A DNA stretch of 64,000 nucleotides, from positions 3,714 to 67,713 of the forward strand of contig NW_018406168.1 of the NCBI RefSeq assembly GCF_002113885.1, written 5' to 3'. The stretch's first letter is position 1. Each line of letters opens with the position of its first letter. The position numbers and the translations under genes are program-made. Of this stretch, positions 37,556 to 50,849 are shown one piece after another. The notes under the pieces are model-generated. The model did no database searches and was not told the origin of the DNA. It saw nothing but the letters and a program-made list of their open reading frames with translations. The stretch is from Mizuhopecten yessoensis (taxonomy: Eukaryota).

Positions 37556-37994
37556 TGATATCGTTGTAAATATTAAAATCAATAGTATGTTTTACATTTA
37601 ATCAATGAAAATATTGTATCATAGTATTCAGATCCAAAGTATGATACTGTACGTGTTAGACATAGATCTGCGACAGAAGGTTATGGTACGTGTAACTTAA
37701 TTGAATCTTACAAACGGTGTTAAATTCAAATGAACATCCAAATAATTCAATCTGTGTGATTTAGTTATTGAAATATAAACAATCTGCAGTTTAATTTATA
37801 ATAGATCAATCCAGCTACAGTTCCAAACCTTAATAAAATTCAAACAACTCACTGATCTCAAAATTAGTCATATTCTAACAATCAATCCATATCACTTGTC
37901 CATCTTGACCACTGTATGTATGGCATGATGTAACCGGAAGCGGAGAAGACACATACAGGCTACGCTTGTTTTGTAATACATTTGTTTGAATTAA

Positions 37995-38215
37995 TTTAAT
38001 ATCTTGATTTTTTTATATATATATATTTTATATGTTTTATATATTTTTTAAATAATATTTTATATATTTTATAAAATAATATTTTATATATTTTGGTTAT
38101 TCATTTTGGTTATATATTTTTATATATTTTATAAAATATTTTATATATTTTCTTTATTTTATATATTTTGATTATATATTTTATATATTTTATATATTTT
38201 ATTTATTGAATTGAA
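37995..38215. repeat. AT-rich low-complexity tract
   Basis: Degenerate (TATATATTT)n. Confidence 0.9.
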
Positions 38216-40062
38216 TTGTATTTAAATGGAAACTTATAAAGGGTATTTTAAACAAATAATCTAATCATTTGTTTTGTGTAATTTCGTTATTGAAAGATAA
38301 ACAATCTGCAGTTTATTTTTAGTAGTGTTATATCTTTTTCATGGTTTTGATTTTATAGTGTACGTATAATTAAAACCTTAAACCCAGTAGGATTTTTAAC
38401 TTTACACAATACTAAAAGTATAAGTTTTTTGTACGAATCTCGATATACTTCACGTAAAGAATCTTAATGGAATAATTTCTTGTTTGGTGGTACACTTTTA
38501 CAAAAAGGAGAGGATTGAGTTTAGTTAACCGTTATTGTCAATTCCTCAGTCTACTGTTCAATACTGCTAAACTATAATTCCAATTAGCCAGCCTGTAAAT
38601 TATTACGTAATCCAATTAATCATTAATTGTCCCACTACCTATCCGGGTAAAAGCACTCTAGGACAAACAATACTTGATCTAATCATAGGGACAATTGTCT
38701 ACCGATGACAACTGTTGGTATTTTTAACAACTTAGCGATATGATTGTTTTAATAACATCAATTATGGCTGTAATTATCACGGCTAATGTATTAATTGTTT
38801 GTACTATGGCCGACGGTCACTATTTTCACAACCTACTCGACACGGTCAATTAACGGTTTGGAGGTCACAGATGGTCAAGGTTACACAGCCGTCTTACCGG
38901 CAGATATACTCATCAGACAGAATAGCGAGGTAACCATAGGGAAGTCGACATATGGTACTTATGATTGTAAGGAAAAATTAGATTTGCCAATGCATTGCTT
39001 TTTTGGATTTTTCAATACAGAATAATTTTAATGTGTTTCCTGTTTTTATTAGGAGGTGACGGTAATTATCTGTCACTTACTTTTTGGAATGAAAATATAT
39101 ACAATTTCATTCAAAAAATAAAAATATGATTGAATAAAATGTTTATGGTATTTCGTGTATATGATAATTATTCGCATGATAGTTTTCAGGTAGAAAATAA
39201 CGTATTAACCCAAGATTGCAAATTTCAATCCTAAATAAATGGTACTATCTGAAAAGACTGTACATGAAAATTGTATTCCATGTATATAGTATTACATTGC
39301 TACTTTGCAGACCCAGGGTCAGGAAATAACTTAAAATAAGTTGTGAAAATTTATATTTTAATATTCTTTGAAATAAAGTAGAACTCCAAGAACTAGACAA
39401 GACATAAGCATGCAATATGTTCATATATGTATCATGTTTCAAATATTTATTGATGTTTTTCTCTGTATAGTTGCATTTATTTGACACTGATCTACAAGCC
39501 AACACAATTATATTGATCTTAAATGGTAGAAGATTGGTTCGTGAGTGTATGGCGAGTACATAGGTCTGGTAGCATCCACTATCAAATAAACCAGAGACAC
39601 TACAAATAGATAATGTATATGTTTCGTCTATTCACAGACACATGAGTATTTGTTACATATATTTGGACCTAAACTGAGGTGTTCAGAGTAATATCACACG
39701 TATTTGATCTTAACACATAAAACGTGTAATATTGAATATGGTTTTTAATGAATGAAGAAGATTAACAATGTCAATTATCAGCTGTTCTGTAACAAATGTA
39801 TCAACAGGGACGATGGAATATGATTAATTAACAATAGTAAATGAACATATTTGATGTATTCTGTTTTGAATGATAAAGATAATGAAAAGTGCGTTTATAG
39901 TGTCTCGAAGGTCAGAATTGACCGGATGCCTTAATGTTCTTTTATGAATATACTATATTATTTTGATACTATTAATCTGAACAAATATTTAGGTCCAAAT
40001 ATAGCTATAACAAATTCTCATGTTCCTGTGCCTGTCACAAGACTATAGAGGTAAGATAACCC

Positions 40063-40280
40063 TTGTTTCAACAAATTTTATTGGACAAAAAAATGCACAA
40101 TTGGATAAGACAACAGGCTTAGCCTATATAAGTCTTCTCCTATCCGGTATTAATTGACAAGAAGCATAAATTTAGTACATGGAACAACGAGACAACCTCA
40201 TATATACACTCACAACCATACCAAAACACACATACACCCTCACATACACATAATAAATAAGCATTCACAAATACACACAT
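40063..40280 (-). mobile_element. 3'-end fragment of a related CR1-group LINE
   Basis: GACAACAGGCTTAGCCTATATAAGTCTTCTCC (40109-40140) matches 14430-14460. TTTCAACAAATTTTATT mirrors the tail at 22302-22318. Confidence 0.75.
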
Positions 40281-43200
40281 AAGATAACCCTTCTGTCGGG
40301 GTAAAGACAGTAACATGTATGGTCCCAGTACCCTATAATCCAACAGTAGGACAAGGGCAGTAGCATGTTTAACCAGCCACCGGACCAGAAAAATGTGTAC
40401 GAAAGTAACACATGACCCAGACAACTTCCATTTTCTGTTTGGTGGATGTTGTGGGGTCAAATTATACTCGGACTATATTAAGAAAAATACCGGAAACCCA
40501 CATAGACTGACCTCCAACACCAGGAAATAAGTGACCATTAAAGTCAACATTTTACATTAAAACATACTCGCCCACTCAACCTGGTGACCCCTCACTCGGT
40601 TCTAATGACGTCCATGGGCTAACCGCCATTCCAGTCAATATGTGTCTTCTATTTACTTATCATTAAAATCAAATTTATATATGTGCGTTGTTGACCAATG
40701 TTTTAGAGCCTCCATTCAACATTGTTTGATGAAGATATACAGCAACGACAGCTCTACAGATAACGTATTGGGGGCCCCCCTGTATTACAATACAAGGTAT
40801 GACCAGGCCCAAATACGACCGTTTCTATTGCGTTGTACGCTTGACGATAACCTACCTCAATACTTCACGAATCAAACATTAAGATGAATTTGTTTTTAAC
40901 ATGTGTGATATTTTAATGTTGGTAAATGTGTGTGATGCTTGTATATCCTAATTTGAATTTTCTGTATTAAATTTTAATATTAATGATAATTGGTAAATGT
41001 AATTTCATATTTAGAAAGACTGACAATACCTGGTACCAACACACATCAAAGTGCCGCGGTAAGCTGGTATTTTCAAAGAAAAATTGATACAGGAATCTTA
41101 ATGACATGAAGGTATGCCTTTTAAGATAAAAAGCAGGAAATGTTCTTTTCCGTTTGTCGTGAATTTCTACAGAAATGGCTGGATATTATGACGTCGACAT
41201 ACTGACTCATGCCATCTGTGACGCAATATATCAAAATGAAGGTATTCACAATCGATGATTTCTGTGAACCAAAATAGAAGATAATGTCTCCAAAGAATGA
41301 CTTGCCTAATTGCACTATGGTTCATATCTGAAGAGCTTAATAACTTCGGAGACATTCAGGTCTGCCGAATCACACTGAATGTCATAAGACCCGACTAATC
41401 TGGGGCCCCCTGGTATGATTGGATTCTTGTGTGTCCTCTGTTTAGGGAAATTGAAAAAAATAAGCAAAAGCAAAAACAAGTTTGATCTACTGTTCCCTAC
41501 CCTTTTTCTTCGGCGGTGTTTCTCTGGACACTCGGCTTTACCCTACATGACTGTTATCGGTAAACACAATACAAACATACACATCATATACTACAGTTTA
41601 ACTCATTGCAAAGCAATTCTCGTTATTTCACACGAATCTGTATACACGTAAATACGTATATCACATCTATCGAAATAAATAACATTCGCAAAGTTACCGG
41701 GTGCCACTTGTAGTTTAAGAAATGTTTATCCTTCTTTAGAGTTCCTGATGTTGTATTCCCTTTTGTTTTGGCTTCACCACAGTTGTTGTTGTTTTCTTTT
41801 CGTGTCATTTCTGTCCTGATTTGTTGATGTTGCTGTATTGTTTTTATTCTGACTGAACGAGGACTACTACAAAACCGAGGTCGTACTAGTCAATCAGTGG
41901 TACCGCATGAATTATGTTTAATTTGAGAATTGACCCTTTTGAAGACCGGGTGTTATGTTAACAATTTTTGGATTCGACGCCTATACCGATAATATCAGGC
42001 AAGATCGGGTTTAGTTCAGCAAGATTGTTTCGTTTAATTTCCAATTAAATACAGTTTTGTCAACACAGACCCATAGAAACGTCTTGCCAGTATGAGCTGA
42101 AGTAGAATACACGGTGACTTTGCAGTATAAATACCATATTTTTACCTTAATACTCAAATCAAAGGTCGCTACGTTTAGGACAAGTCGAGCCTGAAAGGAA
42201 AGAAAACAATAAGTTTGAGCGGGAAATTATTAAGGAACTTGTTGAAATATCAGCATTGATAATTTAGAAATGACATGCATTTTGTAATGAGAAAGTATTT
42301 TTGTGAAACAAGCAGATTTAAAACATATCTACCTATGGTATGTGTGTAGAGTATTGCACTATCGAACAAGTGTCTCCAGTGAAGAGTTCCTTCTACTTGT
42401 CTAACAGATTACTGGAGAGAGGTTCCGAATGTTCTAGCTAGCTAGGCATAGGTAGAACTTGTAATAATTGGCTGTATGAATATAGAGGATAGATATCAAA
42501 GTGATAGGAATCTTTTCCTTAAACGTTAAAGTTTTAAATGTCTTGTTCTTCGTGACATATATGTATCATTTTTTTTATCTTGAATCATATATACGTGTAC
42601 TGTTTCCCCGATTTGTCTCAGCCTCCTCATCCAAACACTTTACAGGATTGTGATTATTCTTTACAGCTGTGAAATGAAACAATGCAGGAACTAACTCGTT
42701 TCTCATAATAATAAAGGAATTGATATTTCACTCGAAGGAGGTGAGGTTAAATAACGTTTTATAATGAGATGATGCACATTTTCATGATTATAAACGCTTC
42801 GACAATTAATATATTAAGGTTGCAAAGCAAAGCTAAAGTGATGTTTAATTTTCACAAAAACAAAAATTATCAAAATATTTATATAATTTCTATACAGCTT
42901 TACACCATTGCTCTCTTAGGAAGCCTCAATGTGAACTCCGTAGTGAAGATTTAGTTTTATTGGGAAAACCTAAAAGAATAGCCTAAAAATAGTTCATTTT
43001 CAAGTTATTTAAATCAAAATGGCATTTTATCAAGTAAAATATCAAACAGACACTAACAAAGACAGTATGATACGATAAATAAGTGTGCTCCAAATGTTCA
43101 TGAAAGCTGATACTTTTAAATTAATTCTATTTTTTTACCATCTATTTCTTTAGTGTTTTCATTTTATCAGCACGTGTGTGTTCTATTAAAACCGTTAACA

Positions 43201-45423
43201 CGTTGGAATATATGTATTTAGATAAAACTGTTTACATCATCAACTCAAGAAATACAAAATATGCATCTGCATTCGGCTAGATGTGCTGGAGGTCCACGAA
43301 AGGGTTGCTGTTCTTGCCAAAATATTTCTACATCTATAATTAATGATGATTTAATATTGGCTTGATACTATGTTGTTCAATTAACATTTATTTTCCAAGC
43401 CAAAGTTGAGGAAATAGAACTCTATATTATGTTTATAAATACTGCAAGTGTTCGTGAGCCAAAGACCTCTGACAGCAATATTCGCTAGTACATGTAAATT
43501 AAATTTCGCAAGAACCAACCCTTGAATAGACCTCAGTTCGTATACTTCATTACATACAGTACAATTTCTATAATTCTGCAAATACTAAATATTTTATTCC
43601 AATTCCAAATGAATACCGTTTTTTTAACATAATATTATTTACAGTCTCATCCCAACATGTATGGCAAAATGGAAGTATAGGGTAGCAAAACAAAAAAGGG
43701 CTCATGCAAGAATTCAAACAAGCAATGCAATGCGCATAATCTCTTCTGATCTATGAAATCCTAGCGGATTGGCAGGACATAACTATGTCACAAATTCGTT
43801 AAATTACATGGTGTTTTTTTTGTGTGATGATGCGGATTATAATCAAAATTATGATCTTCTATTTCTTTTTTAGAGATGAAGACCCTCGCAAAAACCAGGG
43901 TGATGGGTGCCAAGATAGAGAGACCACCGAAAACAAAGAAGTGGAAGAAAAGACAAGATCTGCGTCCGAAGTTTAACAACTGGGACAGGAAATACATTTT
44001 GATATTTTCAGTCTTCATACATTGTAACTGTGATTGCATCAGAGTTATCTCCCGTTATTGCTACTGTAGGGGTTGCTCATGTGTACGTCATAGGACAGTT
44101 CAAATTGCCATTCATGACACTTTTCGACAATTTTCTATCGGTGCGGAACCCTTTTTTGAAGAAGTGTTATACGGTAGCATACCTCTTTAACATTATGTAT
44201 ATACACTATACATGTAAAATAATCTAAACACAATAAATGATCGGGTTGTAAGGAAAGCCTTCTGTTTGAAAGCGAACCATGAAGCGGAAGTCGGACACGT
44301 AAATTATGGTTTCGGTCAACCAAGCATCGATGCAGTCTCGTGGAATCAACGTGAGACTGGCTAAGCGAGACTAACTCGCACAATTCTGGGCCCTTTTATC
44401 CCATTTTATCTCTCAAAGTAAAACCTAAACGCCTGATAATGATAATGGGGATGACGGGACGGTTCCTCACTACCGATAGTGTCCCTGGAGTATCAATTTT
44501 ATATGACCGTTTTATATTTACAGTAAACTGACACGAAAGACTAAAAGCGGACTTGATCAAACAATAGTGCCATAAAAGTTTCCGAAAACTCTGTTGTAGG
44601 CCATTATTAGGTCGGCGTTGGGTTCTCTGCCTCTGATCAGGGGCAGCTACCGACATTGATTTTAACAGGGTCGAGACCCTGGTGCTATATCAGTCTAGCG
44701 GTCGTTTAGCTCAGTAAAGGTCTTCAAGGTGGAGGTACACGTAACAAGTGTACATTGAATCTCCAATGTCTTTCGCCTTCCTTCTCTTCTTTTAAGATAT
44801 TTATGACATCACAAAACTAGAGTGACAAATTCGTAACATTCATTCAAGGGTACATCTTTGCTTTCACGTGTTAGTATCCTAGAGTTATCTCCATTGCTTT
44901 TTATTAGCAATGTACGCATGTCACGTGATAGGGGTTTCTCTGGTAAACACCAATCATATGGCAGTTCTTAGAAAACAATATGTTAGCATGCGATTCCTGA
45001 GTGCATGTCGAGCGGCTGGGTAATACACACTGATATTGTTTTTCTTGGACGTTTTTCTTGGTGTTTCCTCTTTCGACGGAGAAACACTCGTAACCCGCGA
45101 TGAAACAAACCGGAAGTGATTAACCATTCGGAAGTGTGTCACCTTTCTAATTTCTGATATACATGGTACACAAATAAATCTGAACAGAAAATTAACATGG
45201 AGTGGGGTTGTGTAGTTTGTGGTCCCCCGTCTGACTTCCTCTGACATGATCTTGTAGTAGGTGGAATACCAAGTGCTTAACTTTCCTTCTGCTTTGTGTG
45301 TCAATGGTGTCTTTGGTTTTGTTTTCTTGTTTTTCCTGTGTCTGCTTCTGTCTTCGTACCAAATTTGAGTTAGCCTAGCTAACTGTCGATTTGGTATTGC
45401 ATATTGACGCTACGTGAATGTTT

Positions 45424-46152
45424 TCGATATTGTACCGATGGAGCTCTTTATCTCGATACTGTACCGATGGAGCTCTTTATCTCGATACTGTACCGATGGA
45501 GCTCTTTATCTCGATACTGTACCGATGGAGCTCTTTATCTCGATATTGTACCGATGGATTTCTTTATCTCGATACTGTACCGATGGAGCTCTTTATCTCG
45601 ATACTGTACCGATGGAGCTCTTTATCTCGATACTGTACCGATGGAGCTCTTTATCTCGATACTGTACCGATGGAGCTCTTTATCTCGATATTGTACCGAT
45701 GGAGCTCTTTATCTCGATACTGTACCGATGGATTTCTTTATCTCGATACTGTACCGATGGAGGTCTTTATCTCGATACTGTACCGATGGAGCTCTTTATC
45801 TCGATACTGTACCGATGGCGTTCTTTATCTCGATACTGTACCGATGGAGCTCTTTATCTCGATATTGTACCGATGGATTTCTTTATCTCGATACTGTACC
45901 GATGGATTTCTTTATCTCGATACTGTACCGATGGAGCTCTTTATCTCGATACTGTACCGATGGAGTTTATTATCTCGATATTGTACGGATGGAGCTCTTT
46001 ATCTCGATATTGTACCGATGGAGGTCTTTATCTCGATATTGTACCGATGGAGCTCTTTATCTCGATACTGTACCGATGGAGCTCTTTATCTCGATACTGT
46101 ACCGATGGAGCTCTTTATCTCGATATTGTACCGATGGAGTTCTTTATCTCGA
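45424..46152. repeat. Minisatellite, 29-bp unit, about 25 copies
   Basis: TCTCGATACTGTACCGATGGAGCTCTTTA, period 29 (45451 and 45480). Confidence 0.98.
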
Positions 46153-49100
46153 CTCTAATCAGACATTTGTGTATCAGATTGTGATACTAAATACATATAT
46201 AAGCCCACGTCAGGTGTAAGGTTGTTTCCGCCAATATGTATTGTTCAAGAAATGATGACGAAATACTGACTTCACCTGAAATCATAATTTATATTCAACT
46301 GTACAATGCAAGAAATCACATTGCTCGGGAAACGATTTTTGATCAAAAAATGTTCGATCGGACATCAGGTTTTGGTGCTGGCCTTAAAATCATTTTAAAT
46401 TCGTCGGCGTAAAAAATGTGAAAACTGCCACTGCTATTAAAAAATATAGGACCACTTGTATTAAAGGTGTTTTAAGTGCTTGGTGGGACATTGACAGTTG
46501 AAATTATGATAAAATTATGATTAATGACTAGAATATTTGCCTGTTGACGAATTTCAATACTAGTGTGATAAATGATTTGAACAGCAAACGTTTCTTCCCA
46601 GCATGACCAGGAGTGCAGCCATTGGACAAGTACCTAGTCTCTGAAACGCTTCATTTCGCTCTGACAATTACGTGGAATAACGCATTCACAACGACGCTTC
46701 AAATACACACCAGGTATCAGCAGGTAAACAAGATGGCCGTGATATATAACAATCTAGCTTTGACGTTTAAAACTTTTTAAACGACGAAGATTAGAATTGT
46801 GGGGAATTTAAATCAATTGAGTGCTATGTTTTGACATTAAGTGTGTCGAGTCGAGAGGTATCTATTTATCCAAATATTTCAGGGTGTTTATATATAAGAA
46901 AAAAAATATAATCTAGATTTAAAGTTAAGGGTTGGGCAGGCACCTTGAAGTTGGATACTTGCATATCTATACATGAAATATAAAGATTTGTTATCATGCT
47001 AAACCTGTGCCTCATGCGAGGCGATATGTTATGAAAGCTAAAACGTATTTAAAGGGTACATAAGCAAACACAAGCTATACGAGAAATTCGAGCGTTTCTG
47101 TTTTTCAATTGCAACATAAACTGACATTCAAAATCTCTAAATGTTATTATCAGCTAATGAACCAAAATATTTCGACAATGAGGGACTTTTCAATTTAAAG
47201 GAGGACAAGCTTGCAACGTGCTTAAGTGTGTTTAAGTCTAGAAACATGTTTACCTACGTGTTTGTATCCTGTTAAATTGCAGTTGGCTCCACATATGTGA
47301 AAAAATGTTTTGATGCAATATGCAGTAAAGCTGAATTGAATTGAAGTGAAATGATGCTACAAATCTGTAAAGGAATTGAGGTAAAATAATCCAACGCAAT
47401 ATAGTTACTGAACAACCTCTCTTCAATACTAACTGTCAAGCATCGTTTTCCTTGGTCAGCGATAACGGGAGAAACATGCATAACGTAACAGATGATACTG
47501 CTTCAACAGATCATGTTGAATAAAGCATTGTGCTGACTGTAGAGATTGTGTGTCGGTATCTTTTCAATGTGTTTATGGTTTCGACTTCAGTTTATATAAC
47601 ACATGGTGTGCATTTTGTAAACACTTCATAACAAAGTGGGAAACACCGCTCTAACACGGTCTTATAAGGCTAAAAACGTCAAATGAGACCACGCGTGGAG
47701 GTACACTTTCAGATCAAGTACGTAACACGATTTAAACAAAAAATTGTCCTATTATGAAGAGCAAAATCCCCAAATGTACATACATGCACCTGTATATAAT
47801 ACTGTAAGCGTTATAAAATCTTCATAAAAGATTTGTCATATAGCTGGCTACCAGGTATTCAATTCACCGACGAGATAAGTGGGAAACCTAAAAGTGAACG
47901 TCACAATCAGAGTATCGGCTGGACTAGGATTTTTAACGTGTTATTTATGTATGCGTAATTATTGATAAAATTCTCCGCTTTTGATAAATTGTTTTTTAAT
48001 ACAGAAGGGTCGAAGATAAGATGACATAAGTTAACACCGGTGAAGCTCGGGGTCTTGTCACGGATTCGAGTGACAAGTCACGACAGACGAGATGTGCGGG
48101 TCTGTTGTGGGTTCATACATTATTCTAACTTAAACAACTCTGATACCATAGCAGTTTCATAAACAGGACTGTCTATAGCGACCAGACGGAGACACAAAAT
48201 GAACAAGGCGAGCTGTAGGTACATGGATTATCAACAAACGTTTGAACAGCGACTTTTAGGGGACGTCTGTCATACCCAGGGACAACGTAAACACCTGTCT
48301 AAAACGGTCATCCTACAGAACGGCCATAGATCAACTGCAGGGATGTGAACTTATGTGAATAAACAGTTCATGTCCTTTTCAAAGCGGTCACTCATGAACA
48401 CCTCATAAACGAATTGCGTTCATCCATGCAAATATGTCAACATTCAAGGTGATGCTGTTTTGCAAACATTGCGTATTTAGAATTTGAAAACAATATGCTT
48501 GTGTGTTAAGACCTGGAAAGTTAAACGGCCTGGAGTGTTGTAGTGAAACATGTTTTTTTTTGTGTTCAAAAAGATGGTTGACGGACGTGGAGCTAGATAT
48601 TAACTATAGTGTGTCTGATTTGATTGCCATGTCAGTTGTACTTCAATGGTATTGTATAGACTCGTGCATTCCATTAAATTTTATCTAAACGTCCAAAATA
48701 ATCAAAAAACATACAGTTGAAATTGAAAACTCATCAGCATAACGGTTTGGAATTGAAGGTCAAAATAGAGTTAAGGCAGGTATTTTAGGATGCTGTACGT
48801 GTTTCCTCTGAACCTCCAACCACCAGGTGTAAAGCCATACTGCAAGGTGACAGTGAAATGTACTATTTGTCTATTGCAATGATACAGGACCGTCTACATG
48901 CGTTTGTTTACCGACACAGGGTCGAGACAGAGCAAGGGGGAGGAGAATGGTGCTAACACCGCTACTAGTTGATGATGAGGAAAACGTCTGCAGGAACGCT
49001 CTTAACGTAGCCAAACCACGCTAATGTTTACTGTACATAACGCTTGCAGTTTTAACACCCGGCAGTAATATCTAAACCAGAGAAACCATCTTTTTCATAC

Positions 49101-50224
49101 ATCTGATATAGCAAGACGAAAGATATATAGGGGGTTTCGGAGTTAGGGAAAAATTACCCAAACGCTTTGAAGATTCCTCAAGATTGTAGACTTGAGTCGA
49201 TCAACAGTTGAGCGTTCTAGATTCAGTCCGTCGTCGGGTATTGTGATGGACTATCGTCTGTTTGCGTGTGAGAAGCACGTCCAGTGCCGTAGAGGGAAAA
49301 CATTATATTGGTTTATACCAGCTCGTACTTTAGCACGTACGAGTAGACCCGGGATGGACCAAATTCATATTAACTACAGGTAAGCATTACAGGTAATAGA
49401 GATCATTCTTAAGTCAGGTTGCTGTTTATAAGTGTAGACTGTCTCAAATATTAATATTTTTAGAGGATGTGTACGAATGTTAAAGTATTGAACGGTAATA
49501 TGTTGATACCTTGCTAAGGATAATAAAATCTGAACTTTACACAAATCACAAGTAAGCCTTCAGTTAAATCTAGTATAATGTTTATAAAATCAATGTTGAG
49601 CCACGGTAAACACCCAAAAAAAGACAATAAAAATCTTTTGAGATCTTCATTCTAGAAATAACATTAAGAAAATAACAATGTTTTACTATATCTGCTTGTA
49701 TACCGCAATATGTATGTAAATTATTTTCTTAGAAACTAATAAAAAAGAATTTCACACAATGACAACATATGCTCTCAACTTTAATTTCTCTATGAACAAA
49801 TATGTTCCTTATTGTATTCGATATTAATCCTGAAAACCGTTTAGAAGTATACTCCGAGAGGATGGCAGTAATACCGTAATAGAGCTTTTGTTTATTACTC
49901 TGATGCCGGGTAGTTCTAGTTGACAATCTGTTGTAACACCGTGCCGTTGATTCAATACCAATTAGTTAATCAATAGGTATTTTTGTATCTATTATTAAAC
50001 CTATTTTGATAACAGGAAACTTCACAGTCTGTCGCTGTCATTATTTAAATAAATGTTGCAACAGGCGCTTTAAAATTATTGTGACGCAGAGCTATAATTA
50101 TCGCATTCAGACAGTCTGAGTCGATGTTTACTACATAATTAGATTTATTTAACTATAGGCTATCATGGAGTGAGTTTGAGGCGAGTGAGACCGTTTCCAT
50201 TCATTGAGGGGACAAGTGGAGGAA

Positions 50225-50345
50225 GCGACACCTTTGTAAAAACATTCACGACTTCATTATCGTTCCGGTTGGGCGGAACCAATGAAAAGCCTTCATCTGA
50301 AAAGTGGGCGGGGTTACCGTTGTTGAAATCCCCCTCAGTGTTGCT
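50225..50345 (+). promoter_or_regulatory. Putative Wnt4 proximal promoter
   Basis: GC boxes at 50271-50276 and 50306-50313, CCAAT at 50279-50283, CCTTTGT at 50231 and Inr-like TCAGT at 50335, about 430 bp upstream of the ATG in otherwise AT-rich DNA. Confidence 0.55.
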
Positions 50346-50763
50346 GGATAGCCTAGATCTCTTCATTTATGCATAAGATTTAACAGTGTGTGCAAAGAAG
50401 GAGAAAAAACTTGCTGTTATATACACGGAACGGGAATTTATCACGTGAAAGTAAGCCGGGATTTGAGACATGTGGATTTCGTAGTAAACATATACACAAC
50501 ACTAGTATACAATATTTCTCAGTGTTGATAAAGAATAAATTGCGATGGAGTTATACACACCTCTCAGGATAGCTGACTAACTCGGGGATGTACGTCGTGC
50601 GAGTTTGTAGTATAGTGAATTTAAAATATCAAAAGTTTTGATAAAAAACCTTTCTGTGTTTTCACCCCAAACGTGAAGCCTACCGAGGATTTTGTGTTTC
50701 ATTTGGAGCTTTTTACAAGGACTAGATAAACTGGTGATACACGTCGTATATCTAGTCATAACG

Positions 50764-50849
50764 ATGAAGCGACCAGACTGTCTATATACCTTCATAGGAG
50801 TGTACATCCTCGTACAGATCCCTCCCCTGGCTGATGGTATCCGGTGGCT
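50764..50849 (+). CDS. Wnt4: Wnt4 coding exon 1 (signal peptide)
   Basis: MKRPDCLYTFIGVYILVQIPPLADGIRW + CT, then a GTAAGT donor at 50850. The phase-2 end joins the A at 56690 (CTA = Leu), giving the Wnt-typical W-L junction. Confidence 0.85.

Noticed and set aside
41120-41310. Possible transposase or exon remnant (DKKQEMFFSVCREFLQKWLD...)
   Set aside because: In-frame stops and no motif I can assign with confidence; needs BLASTX.
1-46152. Tandem arrays as CRISPR arrays
   Set aside because: Units are contiguous with no unique spacers, there are no cas genes, and the context is eukaryotic.
45404-46219. Three long overlapping ORFs (271, 256 and 246 aa)
   Set aside because: Artefact of a stop-free 29-bp tandem repeat. 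All frames give the same periodic peptide and there are no splice or homology signals.
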